A stretch of DNA of 56,531 bases, filler included, from Basidioascus undulatus (taxonomy: Eukaryota), in NCBI GenBank assembly GCA_000826855.1. It is 5 parts of 5 records of this genome, joined end to end, with 100 filler letters (N's around TTAATTAATTAA, not from the genome) between each part and the next. Parts side by side here need not be neighbours in the genome. Positions count along the whole stretch, not along the records: positions 22,679 to 33,906 come from JTLS01001028.1; positions 34,007 to 45,231 come from JTLS01001029.1; 3 more parts are not named here. One strand, 5' to 3'. The first letter of the stretch is position 1; every line of letters begins with the position of its first letter. A program made the position numbers and the translations under genes. The notes below the pieces were generated by a model. The model was not told where the DNA came from. It ran no database searches and saw only the letters and a list, made by a program, of their open reading frames with translations. Below, piece after piece: positions 25,163 through 38,100 of the stretch.

Positions 25163-25865
25163 AAACGAAACGATTTCGATCGATCGAGATGTTCAAATGA
25201 TTGATAAACGAACGATAGAAGAGGATGGCTATGGGAGAGGAGGTTGAGTATGGGAGACCAGCCGAATGTGAGTATCAGTCACTGGGATCCTTCAGGGCCG
25301 GCTTCTGAAAGCGCTCGCCTTCAACGGTTATGGAACCTTATTTACAACAGACTCCGTGCCAAAAGACTTCCCATTTTTAATCGTTGCAATCAGTGTAAGC
25401 GATGGGAATGATCGCACAAGCAAAAGTGAACTTGTGCTTGGTCAGGCTGCGCTACTGCATCGGACGTTGGTGTACGTGCTTTCGTGACTGCCACTGCCTC
25501 TCTCGTTTCCGCTTCCTGCGATGCCCATGAGCAAGGTCACAAGAATCGATGATGCATACTTAGCATGCACAACGTGTCTCCTTTCGGGAACCCATACCGA
25601 ACCAGTGAAGAAAGCTCAGGCATGAAGGCGACGCAGCGAGCTGTACGCATGCCCAAGGCTGACCCCCTATATGTCCTGCCTGTACGTGCTCGCGAGTCGA
25701 TGATCCTGCATTCTTAGCAACTCTTGAATTCCAAGCTGCCCTGGCTATGGACCCAGCGGGCATCAAACGACAGGCAACGCCCACTCATCGACCAACTCAG
25801 CTTGTCGATTCAATCCTGCATGTTATCCTGTCTCCCTCACTCTACCCTGCCTCTGCTTCCACATC

Positions 25866-27187
25866 CTACTCCCCCTGCTTCTTCTCCTCTCCCGCTGCCG
25901 CTGCCGCTCCCTCCTCCTTATTCTCCTCCCCCTGCCCTGCGGCCGTGCTGGCGCCCGGCGTCGCCGGCGCGCTCGCGCCCTTGAGCTGCCACGCGGGGAT
26001 GCTGGGCTTCCCGCCGGGCACGCCGAGATTTAGCCCGCTCGGCAGGCCGCCCGACGTCGGCGCGGCTGGGCTGGCTGGCCGCGAGAGGAGGAGGGACTTT
26101 AGGGACTTGAGCTCTGCTTGGAGCTCGGACAGCGAGGTGGACTGCGCGGTTTCTTGGGATTGGATCATCTGTGGTGGGGGGAGGAGATTAGGGCGGGAGA
26201 GGGGAAATAAAGGGGAAATGGAAAGGGGGATAGGGGGAGGGGAAGGGACGCACGCGGGGGAGAGATTCCCGGATCGTGTCCACTTCCCGCTTGAGGCTCT
26301 CCATCTCAGAGCGCGTTTGGAGCTCGCCATCGCGGACGGCCTGGGGGCGTTAGCGTCAGCAGACGTCAAAAGTTACGTGAGGAAGGAGAGGTGAAAGGGG
26401 AAGGCGGAAGACGGAAGCAAGAAAGAACGCACCTTCACCGCGCCCTCAACCTCCCGGATCGTCTCCTCCACCTTCTCCTGCTGCCCAGCGAGGCTGTCCC
26501 GGATGGCGGTGGTGTCGGATTGGAGGGTTTGGAGGAGGTCGGCTGAATGTGGACAATATGAGAGGGTGAAAGAAGGAAGTGAGAGGAGGCAGGCGGGACG
26601 CACCTGCTTCGTCGTACCGCTTGTTGAGCGCCTCGAGGTCAGACTCGTACTGGGTGGAGGAGGGCGGTTGGAGGTGGGGGAGAAGGTATTTCTGTGCGGT
26701 TGGGAAGGGTGCGGATGAGATGGGTGTTTAGGGGAGGCACGGGGGAGACGGAAGACGGACGCGGGCGAGGGAAGCCACGCCGTAGACCAGCCCGCCGGAG
26801 ACGATGGCCATGATCTGTGCTCATTATAGTTACATTGAATATGCTAAAACGGAGTGGCGGGGAACGGAAACGCACAAAGTAGTCCCTCCAATCCCTCTGG
26901 GGCACAGGCGGCGGTGCCGGTGCATACATCTGCTGCCCGCCCGGCCCGGCATAGTACGGCTGCATCTGCTGCGGAGGCAGGGATGGTGCGCCGCCCGACC
27001 CCTGTCCGGCCTGGCGCAGGGCCTCCTCGATCTCGCGCTCGTTGAGGCCCTTGGACTCGAGGAAGGCGATGCGCTTTGCGATGGGCGCGGACTGGACGGA
27101 GGGGTCGCGCAGAAAGGAGACCGCGGAGGAGATGAGGTCCTGCCGCAGGGGCTGGGAGGAGGATGCGGGGGGGTTGGAGGTGGACAT
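25866..27187 (-). CDS. PEX14: Peroxisomal membrane docking protein Pex14
   Basis: LRQDLISSAVSFLRDPSVQSAPIAKRIAFLESKGLNEREIEEAL (Pex14_N), RDWRDYFIMAIVSGG, KYLLPHLQPP, LSELQAELKSLKSLLLSR, KPSIPAWQL. Confidence 0.96.
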
Positions 27188-27337
27188 TGGGGCAGGATTG
27201 GGGGAGGAAGAGGAGGATGAGATTTGGACGGTGGTGGTGCGGAGGAGGAACACTGCGGTGGAAGGTCGAGGATAACGAGGCCGGGATCCAAGTTGCCGGT
27301 GCCCCGCTCGTCCTTGCCCTCTCTCCCTCCTGCCCTC

Positions 27338-27857
27338 ATGCCCCTCTCGCTCCTCCTCCTCGCAGTCTGCCTCGCAGCTCTCCGCACAGCAGCCCAATCG
27401 CCCACATCGACCCCCCATGCAACGACCTCGCTCCTCACAATCTCCGACTCCATCCTCACGTCCACCACCCTAACCCCCACCAACGCCGACGGCCAGCCCG
27501 TCTCCCCCACCCAGACCGAGTCCCCCACCGTCGTCGGCGGGCGCGGCGCGTCGACCTCAAAGATTGTCACCGCGACGACCGTCGCGGCGGTGATCATCCT
27601 CGTGCTCGTCGTCCTCACAGCGTTACTCCGCGGCGCTTCGTGGGTGCGCAGCCATCGCGAGGCCAGGAGACGAAGGAGAATCAGGGGCGCTGTGGAGAGG
27701 GAGCAGGGCGCGCTGGGAGGTGAGATGAGGAGGCGGCAAGGAAAGGGAAATAACGTGTATAATATCAGGGAGTTTGAGGTGAGTTGCCACCCTCGGCTGA
27801 ACGGCGCAGACTAGCAGACTGACGAGGCGGGGTGCGGAACAGGGCGTACCTGCGTAG
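27338..27857 (+). CDS. Small type-I membrane protein (signal peptide, Ser/Thr-rich ectodomain, one TM, basic tail)
   Basis: MPLSLLLLAVCLAALRTAAQ signal-like start; S/T-rich stretch; VAAVIILVLVVLTALL TM; RRRRR; intron 27779-27842 gives terminal GVPA*. Confidence 0.65.
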
Positions 27858-30800
27858 TTGGAGCACGGTGAGGGATGTATGAAATACCCACTGTCATGTA
27901 TACCCAGATTCGATATGCTGCATCCCGGGCGAGGCGCTTCCGTTCCGGCTCGAGAGGGCAGCCACCCCCTCGTCGTACTCGCCCGTCTCCATTCGATCTC
28001 ACTGTCGCCGCGCGGTGTATCCATTAGAGCATTTCACGCTCTCGCACAGAGCTCGTTCATCCTGTGAACGCTCTTTAATTAGCTCCATCCCTCGATCACT
28101 CATTCCTCATCGCCGCTTCTCGCATGTGGCTCTCGCTTCGTCCCGATCTTCGCTCACCCCTGCCCGTCCCTCCTTCGTAATCCACTCATCTTCTGCCTCC
28201 CTCAGTCACACCTCGTCTCGCACCTACGTCAAATTGCTCACTTTCCAACGAAGTACACGCGCAGCAGAAGCGGGGTATGGGTGGGCCAATATGCGCCGAG
28301 GCCTTGGACGAGCGTCGCCCGTCGTCATCTGTTTTCAACCTCACCTGCCTCTCTCATCATCACAAAAACAACCTGCCGCCTTCGCAAGCAAGCGTCTGTA
28401 CCATCGGTCACTGCCCAGACCGGACTAGGCACGCACGCTGCACGCTGCAATCTTTCGCAAATGGTCCAGAGTTGCTGATTGCACACCTCTGAAGCAACCT
28501 ACAGTGGTTCTTTATGGCTAGTGGATAACCATCAAACCTCATATCTAACTCGTCCGCACCGGTCCCCTCGCCTTGACGCCTCCAAGTCCTCCTTCGAGCA
28601 GCCCCACACTGACGCGGTTCTCCTCCCTCCCAGCGCCAAACAAGCTGAGTGGATCGCTCTTCCAGGCCCTCTCCGGGTCCACCAGCCCATAAAGCGCATG
28701 CACGAGCGTAAGCGGCTCCGCCAGTCTAGCCGCCGCGAGGCGAACGAACGGCCTTCGAGGCAGTGCGAGGAGTGCTCGAGCGAGGAGCGCGAGGGCGATG
28801 AGTGCACCCAAACATCTCAGCCAACATTAATACAACAGGGAAATTAAAGTAGAAGAAACAGGCCAGTACCTTTGGAAGGGGATGATTGGTGTTTCGGCTC
28901 AGTGTGAAGCATGCAGTCGCATCGCTTGCTTTTATACGGTGTACGAACCGCTTGCTTATCGTCGCGGCCGCTTATCGCACTGCCCGCGCCATATTGGAAC
29001 GCATGACACGATTGTGCAGGATTTTACCAGCTGACCTGTCGTATTTCGGCAGCCTTGAAGCTAGGTCCAGGCACACAATAGCACGAGGATTCGCATGCTC
29101 ACCCGTGCTTTCGCTGCAAAGATCGCGTGCACTCACGCTACCTCGTCGGCGCTGGCTTTTATCCTGCTGCGATACATGCTGCCTGAGCAAGCGCCAAGGT
29201 GTCAATTCTGCCTTAAAAGGCCATAAGGCAACTTGAGGACGGTCTCAGGGGCATACGGCACCCTTTTGGCCGTATACATGCAGTGGAAGTGGCGATGCAC
29301 GACAACGCCATGCCGAACAGGCGGCATGCTCATCCAAAAGATCATGGTCTTGCGGGCCTGCTGGGTGACGGCCCTGTTCTGAGACAAGGACATCTAATCT
29401 ATCCAAGAAAACCTCTCGGTGAGAAGAGAGGGAGGATGACCCCGAAGCTGGAGCGTCGAAATCTCAAAGCAACACTTTCAGTGTCTACAGAAGGGCTACC
29501 ACCCACAAACTCCGGCACATCTACTTTTACACTCAGGTTCATGCATGAAGTTTTTATTCCATTAAACTTGCTCGTGGCTTCCCGTAAACGCAGGGCGAAG
29601 TGTCAGACAACCCTGTTGAAGGGCAGCTACCTCGTCCGTGTCATGGAATTACCCAGAAAGGGCACCCGTGTCGACTTTTATTAGAGTATCTGTGAGTATT
29701 AACGCCAACTTTGACTTCAGGTCTTCCATCACCCTGTCCAACGGCCTGTGGACCTGCGGGATCAATCCGAAGCGCCTCTGTCCTTCAGCAGACTCATGAT
29801 CACGGGCCACTCCAGCAGCTCCCGCCCTTAATGATTTCTTAGAGAGGCTTCAAATGCTTCCCTTGTTTTGTAATGCACCGAGGATATGTCTGTAAATCCG
29901 CAGGCTCAGCTGTTGCCATTAAAGCCAGCCACGCAGGCGAGCGCGAGCGCAAGAAACTTCAACAGCGTCGTGTTGCCGTGCAGCTGTATACATCGCAGAA
30001 GAGCCTCAAATTTGCCACCATATCCGAGGATATTTCACAGTCCTACTGTTACAGTAAACTGGGGAACGGCACATCTCAGTGAAGGACTCTGAGCCGAATC
30101 AGTACCTGCAATCCACCGCAGCTTCCACAACATGCTTACCACTGCGCCAAAAACACGTACCACCCAAATCACTAGCAACAAACATCTCTATCTCTGCATA
30201 CACCTCCAATACGGTCGTGCGCCGTCAGGCTCAGCAGCTGCTCAAAGCCACCAACTTGAAACGACCGGTTGGCAGCAAAGCCTAAAAGCAGTCGGCTTTA
30301 TGGACCCCGACACGTCACAGGCTGTAATAGGCTGTATGATACAGTAAAGCCGACTGCTTTAGGTTTTGTTGCTAACGTTTCGTTTGAAGTTGGAGCCGTT
30401 GAGCAGCTGCTGAGCCTGACGACAGACGGCGACGTTAAAGATGTCGGCAGCAGCTTGGGAAAGGGGCATGTCTATTAGTGAAAAGCAGTGTTACATTTAA
30501 GGCTGGAGCGGTGGTAAGTGCGTTGTGGAACTGCGGTGGTTTGTGGGTAAGGAGTCTGCTCAAGGACGCAGCCTTTTATCCCCCGAAACCACTCCGAAGC
30601 TGTATGGACCTCGCTCAACGTCCGGAGTTCGTTCGATGTAAGGGAGGCACAACATTTAGCAAATGAACGGAACGATGCTGCGAAGTCGTCTGCGAGTCTT
30701 TGGGGCGTACGACCTCCCTTCATTAGCGGCTGCTCTTTGTAACGTTGTAGCGATTGCACCCGCGAGAATCTTGGAGAAGTACGACTCAAAACATCCCAAA

Positions 30801-32486
30801 CATCGCTCATGTCACTTTTCCCGCTTCGTCTCACACTTGCATGGGTGCAACACAAAGGATCGTTATGCGCAGGCCACGGCCTCAGTCATTGGTCTGAAAG
30901 GGGGGTTTCAGGAGATGAAGAGCGAGAAGTGAAGCCATGGGAGAGTGCAGTGATGAATGCTTCCCGAAGAGCAAACTGACAGTGAACAGCCATGAAAGAA
31001 TACTGGCGAACAAAGGTAAATAAGGTGCGCTACTGCCTGGGCGTCGCGAAGACCCGCGACCTGGGACAACTGCGTCAGATCGTACGTCCAACAGAGCGCT
31101 GACTTGCTTTATATCGCTGACAAGAGCCTGCATACATTTTTGAAAAATCTCAAGACTGCATTATTCTTTGCACAAGTGGATATTAGAAAGCAAGCCAAGA
31201 AAGGGGAGGGAAGCCCAACGTTTCTTACGTTTTCATAATGCGTCTGAGCACGGATCATCCGCGGACAGCCGCTGAAGCGCGTGGTGCCAATGCTGGGGTA
31301 ATTGGACTTGACAGTCTATCTGTGAATGGCAGTTTATAATGGAGAAGGCAATAAGTCAAACTTGTCGTCGAATTTATAATGCTGCAGTGAGAGGGCGGAA
31401 AGAGGGACATTTTGGCAATGTGCTCGTAGGAGACTCGTCAGCATGACTGACTGGTTTCATTCCGGCGCTTAGGACCGATAATGGATCTCCAGGAACGCAG
31501 CACGCACTGCCTTCCCTTCCTCGGACTCTCTCTGACTCCCTCTTGGAGGATAATTGAGGTGAAAATATAACTTATAAATTTTTTTTGATACTATGACGGT
31601 TCAAACGCCTCTAAGAAGGTGGAAAAGGGCGAAAAGTGGCTAAAAAGGCGAAAAGTGGCTTCGGACGAGTTCTCCCCAGGTTGCGTATGCTCTCGGTCGT
31701 CGCCTAGTCGGCGTCGGTTCTGCGGTCCATTGTCGCTCATGGTCTTCGTTGGACGAAAGAATAGCTCAGGCACTAAGTTCTGCACCGAAGTCTGGACTCG
31801 GCATTGTGTGCCGCCTTCCAACAGGGGGGAGGGATCCTTGAGCGCTCAGTTTCCTCGCACTGCAGCTAACGAAGAATCAAGGCTCCAGCTTATAGTATTG
31901 CTGGAACTGTTCCTAAGAGATCTAGCAGAATTTGAGGGCTGATTCAACATAGGTACCCCCTCACCCTAATAGGATCCATCTTAAGCGAGCGTTCCCTTTG
32001 ATCTTTGATCCTTTGACGCCCTGAGCTGCGTCGCAACGTCGCAGCCAGCTCGGAAGCCCAAAATCTGAAACTGAGCTGGAGTGATAAAGCCTGTATGTCC
32101 TCCAGAAAACGAAGCTCTAGCATGAGTACAATGATGAACAACGGCACAGCACAGTGCAGGACATTACACGGCGGTGCGCGACAAGCCGCAAGGACTCGGC
32201 GAACAGGGGTGCGCCGCTCGAACGTCAAGCTTTCAAAGATACAGGCCTTTCTATCTTATTAAACGGTGAGCTGGCTCTTCCGACATCGGACAAAGTTTAT
32301 AGAAGCAGCCAAGGCTGCACACCTCATGTACCATGCAAGCCGCCCAGGTCCCTCGAATCAGGTAACAGGCGGCCAGGAAAGGAAAGACCTTCAAGACCAC
32401 TCATAGAAATAACTACTGGCTATTTGAACTGGGAGAGTGGAGTGTTGTTGAGGGGGCCGACCAGCCGGCCAATTTGAGGCGGTTGA

Positions 32487-32599
32487 GGGTTGGAATGTTG
32501 TCTTGCTTTTCAGTCTTTTCAGTCCGATGGACTAATAGGACTGGGCTCAAAAGCTGAGGACTGTTAAAATGAATACGTTGGCCTGATCATTCCAATCCC
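32487..32599. mobile_element. Candidate 113-bp MITE
   Basis: Terminal inverted repeats GGGTTGGAATG / CATTCCAATCCC (one indel), flanked both sides by TTGA; internal CAGTC/GGACTG inverted motifs. Confidence 0.5.
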
Positions 32600-32911
32600 T
32601 TGAGGATCGCCGGATGCGGCGTGAAAACTCGTGTTCGAGTTCTGGCACGCAAGCGCAACGATGGCCCCTCATCTTCCTTGGTTCCCTGTCATCCTCACAT
32701 TCTTCCAATGAATTTCAAGCTGTGGGAGAAGGGTTATACTTATCATGAATTGCTGCTGGGGAGGGAGAACGGTGCTGAGGGGCGAGTTGTTTGAGTTGGT
32801 CGATAGTGAGATGGCGCACCAGCGAAACGATTTCGCCCGATGCTTCGTTCTTTCCTTCTTGCCATCATCACCCCATCCCACTGCTCTTCACTCCTTATAT
32901 CCATTAAACCA

Positions 32912-33906
32912 ATGTGCGCGTCCCTCCATCTCCTCTCCCCCGTATCTTATCCCCTCCATCCCTTCCAGGCCATCGCAGGAGCGCACCCCGCTCCTCCCGA
33001 CGCCCTCAACCTCCACAGCGCCCACCTCGCCCTCGCCCGCGCCCAAACCTACGCCGTCCTCGCGCGCTTCCCCACTCCTCTCTTCCCTACATGCTCTATT
33101 CCAAGCGCAAAATCATGCGAAGCACTACCCGCACAGTCTACCCTCCGCTCCGGCGCGCGTGCGCGCTGCACAAGAGGCGCGGGAAGCGGTGAGGGAGAGG
33201 GAGGGGGAGTGTGTGCGGGTGCTGGAGGATTGTGAAGAGGATAAGCAGCTGTGGGAGTGGGTAGAGGAGGGAGGGATAAGAAGAGGTACGTTGGTATAGG
33301 TGCGATGTACTGTTGATGCTAATGTGGGGTCGCATCCCAGTCGCCCACCTCCTCCTCGACACGCGCAGCCCGCCCCTCATCTCCCACCCGCTCGTGCAAG
33401 AGTCGCTCAAAGATAACTGGCGATCAGGCATCCCACATCATACAGATCCTTTAACCCCATCCCCGCCCTCCCTCTCTTCAGGCTTCCTCCACTTCCTCGA
33501 CCGACAGCGCACGCCGCGGTGGGTCTCCCGGCCTCTGCCCTCCCTTCCCCTACGCCGCTCACACACCCAACCCGACAGACTAGCCTTCTACCTCCAAGCG
33601 ATCTTCAACACCCTACACCTCGCCCTCCTCCTTCGCGTCTCCCTCTCCCGCTTCGAAACGACCCCCTTCTTCGCGCGGACCACCTCCCCCGCCTACCCCA
33701 TCCTCCTCGGCATCTCGGCGCTCTCAACCCTCCTCCAGACGCTCCCGTCCCTCCCACCCCTCTCCACAGTTCTCCAGCTCCTCTCCCTCGCTCTGCTCGC
33801 GCTCTCTCCATCCATCTCAGCCCCCACGTCCCCACGCATCCTCCTCTCCCACATCCCGCTCTGGCGTCCGAACCTCGCAGCGTGCGGTCCGCAGCGTGAG
33901 CACGCG
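32912..33906 (+). CDS. Divergent TRP/Yvc1-like (vacuolar channel-like) membrane protein, 3' part lost in gap
   Basis: N-terminal ERTPLL acidic dileucine motif; LISHPLVQESLKDNWRSG and FLDRQRTPRLAFYLQAIFNTLHLALLL resemble the pre-S1/S1 region of fungal TRP channels; further hydrophobic helices follow. Confidence 0.5.
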
Positions 33907-34006
33907 NNNNNNNNNNNNNNNNNNNNNNNNNNNNNNNNNNNNNNNNNNNNTTAATTAATTAANNNNNNNNNNNNNNNNNNNNNNNNNNNNNNNNNNNNNN
34001 NNNNNN
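33907..34006. other. Artificial 100-nt assembly spacer
   Basis: N-run with central TTAATTAATTAA. Confidence 0.99.
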
Positions 34007-34784
34007 AGGCGCTGGCGCTGGGCGGAGGGAGGGGAGGAGGGGAATGCGGCGGGGGCGGGGCGTTTGGGCGCGGAGGGGTTCTGGGCGGCGGAGAGGGCGC
34101 TGCCGAGGAGGCGGGCGCCGCGAGGACCGGAGGGTGCGCGGCTGAGAGGGCAGGACGAGCGTAAGGGTGAGAGGCTGGTGGGAGTTGTTGGGGAGGAAGG
34201 AAAGAGAAGACGTACTGGGGCGGGGCATCGCGCTCTGCTGCTGGAGCGGAGGGGGGTGGCGCGGGGGCGGTGATGCGCCGTGCCTCCTCAAAGATCTGGT
34301 CCGTGACCGCGCTGTCTGCTCGCCCGATTCCATCAAGCACACATAAGCCACGAGAGTCTCCGAGAACGTTCTGCAACAGACGCACCATACTCTGATCCGA
34401 CCAGGTCGTTGAGCTCGGCGGTGATTTGGTCTGGGGGCCAGGTCCCGCGGTCAGCAGCAAGCGACTATGGTCGGAGAGAGATAAAACGGACCCGGCTGCT
34501 TCTGATTCGCAACCACTGTGAGCCCACACCCAGATCAGCCCGTGGCGAGGTGGGAGTCAAGGAGGGCGAGGAAACGAGGACGCACTGACGCAGACATACT
34601 CGGCCAGAACGGCGTCGTCCTCGGTCGCATACGCGCGAGATACGAGCAAGTTTTGGATCGCATTCTGTGGGGATTCAAGAAGGCGATCTCAGTACGGGTC
34701 GGCTGTAGGGAGGGCGGGGATGAGCCGGACTTGGAGCTCTGCCGCCTGGGGCGTGCCCATCGAGATCGCGACGGGAGATGACAT
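34007..34784 (-). CDS. NAB2: Nuclear poly(A)-binding protein Nab2/ZC3H14, N-terminal PWI-like domain; 3' part lost in gap
   Basis: Spliced: MSSPVAISMGTPQAAELQNAIQNLLVSRAYATEDDAVLAEYVCVMVANQKQPDQITAELNDLVGSEYDSAVTDQIFEEA, matching the Nab2 N-terminal pattern (LAEYxxxMxxNxKxxxQIxxELxDL). Confidence 0.8.
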
Positions 34785-35161
34785 GGCGCGGCGAGGGCGT
34801 AGAGATTACAAGGCTAGAGGGCGGCTGCTACGGTGTTGTGTGCGTAAAGTGTGAGGATATGGACGTGCAAATCGTGTTGCAAATCCGCAGTGGACGAGTG
34901 AGGCGTGATGGATAGCACTCGGAGAGCTGCGAACGGAGTTGACCGTGACGCCTGCTTGTCGGCAATACGGTTTTCATGACAGAGACACGGACTCGACGCG
35001 GTCATCCGCGGATGGGTCTTCTTAAAGTGGGCACGCGTCGTGTCTTCTCTTTTGTGCCGGTCGCTCTCTTTTGTGGCTTGCTCTCTTAGCCTCTTCCGTC
35101 ATTACTATCGGAATCTAACCCCCAAATTACATCGTATACCCTCAACACTCACTCACTGATC

Positions 35162-38100
35162 ATGGGCAAGCCCAAGCAACACAACGTCGCATTGCGCATA
35201 GTCACCCCGTGCTGGCCGCGGGAGTATCCGCCCGCGCTCCCTGTCCCGGCGACGGTCACGCCCGAGGCTATAGAGTCGGGAAGGATCCAACGAGAGGGTG
35301 AGCCTCCCTTCCTTGCTCGGTTTATGGTGGTTGGGACGACGGGTGCTCAGTGTAGGATGTTCGGGCTGGATGGATAGGCGTCAGCGTCCTCGACGCGGTC
35401 CTCAAGCCCATCCTTAGCCAGGGCTGTCCCGACTTCACCAAGAAGATGTTCAAGGTAAGACTGTACTTCATCCACCCCTCCTACTCGTCCTCATCCACCA
35501 GCTTCATTCCCCTCCCCAGAATCTCCTTCGAGCCTTGACTTCCCCCGAGCTGCTCGCCTGGATCACCCGCAGCTTCTACCTCAACCCCGCCTCGCCCGCC
35601 TCGTACCTCATCGAGTCCAAGGCCGCGCTGGCGTACATCGCTACGCTGCAGGGGCACGCCGAGGGGCAGCGCTGGATTCTGCAGGTTTGGGCGCCGTGGA
35701 TGGACGCATTCGGGAGCGCGTTTGACGATCGTGTAAAGAAGGGAGAGGAGAATTGGAAAGGTGCGCTCGAAGTCTGCGTTCTTGCGTACCTGTGACTGGG
35801 CTGGAAGCTGAGCAGTCCTTCATGATGACTCTAGGCAATACGAGGATACCTGGTCCGTCGTGTCCTTTCCAAGGCTGTTCCTCTCCATACACTGAAACTT
35901 GTCTTTCCCCAGAGTTCACGAATAACGAGCCGGAGTCCTTCGACAAGAACCCCTTCGCCATATTCAACCGCGTCCCGCTGCGTCATCCACCCAAACAGTC
36001 GAATGTAGGTTTCTCGATATTTCTACTTGTTTCGATGCTGATGCTGCCCGTCTGGCAGGCATCCTCATCGCCTGCTGCAGGGCCCGCGCCGGTCGCGGCG
36101 GCACCCTCTGCGCAGAAGGATGCAGCACATATTCCCGCACGACCCCAGGTGGGATTCATATTCCCTGAGCCTCTAGACAAATAGTTGACGGGTTCGCGAC
36201 TGTCGCAGGTGCCGCCGACCACCAACGCAACTCCTGCTCCCCAGGCGGCGCCGGAGCCTGCAGCGCTGAACACCACTTTTCTAGCTCAAGTATGTCCCAG
36301 ACACGCGTGACACCTTACACACTGCTCAATTTGCTGAATCGATGCCTGCTCAGCCACCTACGACTACCTCTGCCTCGTCTGCGTCCTCCGCCGCGACGCC
36401 CGCGTCTGTGAGCAACTCGGTAGGAGAGCCTTCGCCTCAACAAACGCAGGTAGGCTGGAACGACTATGACGCTTATCCAATGTACGCCGGACTGAACCTC
36501 GTACCTCCCTGCAGCCTGCGCCAACTTTAGCTGCCTCCGCGCCGACATCTGCCCGCGCGGCCGAGCCTGCAGTGCTCGCACCTTCGCGTTCGGAGGTACG
36601 CGTATATCAACGCCTTTCCTCACCCTTACACAGTTCTGAACAGTTTATTTCATCTCCTATATAGTCACCTTGCAAGACAGGCACGTCCGCAGCATCCAGC
36701 GCAACGTCCGAGGCCACATCCACGGCTGGGGCGCCTTCGCAGGTACGTCCCGCTTCATCTCTTCCCCCAAAAACTTTCGATTGTCACGCGCATATATGTA
36801 CGCCAGACTGCGTCATTTTCCACCTCACCTTCGCCGGCATCGACCGTCAAGCTCGTCCCGCTCACCTCGCTGCCCATCCCGCCTGCTGGCCACGCGAGCC
36901 CAGCGCTCGAGCGCGGTTCGGGCGCGAGCAAGTCTACAGGTCCTGTGGGTCCGGTTCGCTCTTCAGTGTTCACTGTATCATAAAATGCTTACTTTTCTCC
37001 GTTCCGGTGCCCGACCAGATCGCTGGTTCAAAGCGCGCGATCAAACCCAAGGAGAAATCCAAGGAGACTCCCACTACGCCTCCGGATGGCCCGCCAGCCG
37101 GCAAGGGCCCACCCGCTCAGCTTCAGCCTTCCGCATCGATCAAGAAGCCGACCCGTCAACCGCTCCAGCTCCTTCCGGCGGCGGAGATCATCTCGCCTGC
37201 GCGGCCCTCGCTCACGGGCGTGTCCGCCTCCCCTCACGCTGTGGGTCTCGCGCTGCTTTTGAACCTCGATTAGGCGATTACGACGTTGGCAACAGTGCCC
37301 ACATAGCGCAGCACTGATATGTTGTCTTCTCGTCGTCAGGGACAGCGGCAGTTTCTGATGGAGCAGCCCGAAGAAGTCACGGACCTGCGAGCTCAGGCCA
37401 AAGCGCAGAACCGTAAAGTGCGTACCGACCCTTTTGTCGCACCGCACTCTGATTGTGGATCTAACCCTGCGGTTTGATGAGTAGCTTTCGCCTCTCGAGG
37501 AGCTGGCGATCGTCGCCGAAACGGGGAACGCGAACTTTAGCGACGCGGAGGATGAGGAGGAGGCAGACGACGTGCCAAAACAGCCCGACGGCGAGGAGAA
37601 GAAGCGGGTGCGTCCATCCCTTCTACCCCCACCTTCCTGTGTTATCACTGTTGGAGCCGGGTTTGGCTTACCCGAACTTGCGTCCGCAGAAACGGAAGCC
37701 CCGCACGCGGCGTCACAAGCGTGCTGCCCAGGAGGCCGTTGCAGAAGAAGAGGTAACATCCCTATCCCGCCTACCGCCGCCCCAGCCGCCGCTAAAAATG
37801 TGATTGTGTCCATTCGCAACGTGCACAGAAGAAGCGCAAGGCCGAGGGGCTGCGGGCTTACGCGCCTCTCGAGGAGCTGACGCCGGAGGAGAGGGAGAAG
37901 ATCGTGCGTGCCTCTTCCGACACCATCCTTTTCTCCGCGCGTGGCTAATATTGATTCCTCTTACAGAAGCTCACCGGTGGCCGTGCGGTGCTTCTGGGCC
38001 CCTCGAATACCCCGAAGTCGGAGCTGGTCAAAATCAAGCGGTCGAAGGAGCGCCGGGCGAAAAAGGAGCGAAAGGTTGCTCCCTTCCCGCTCATAACCCG

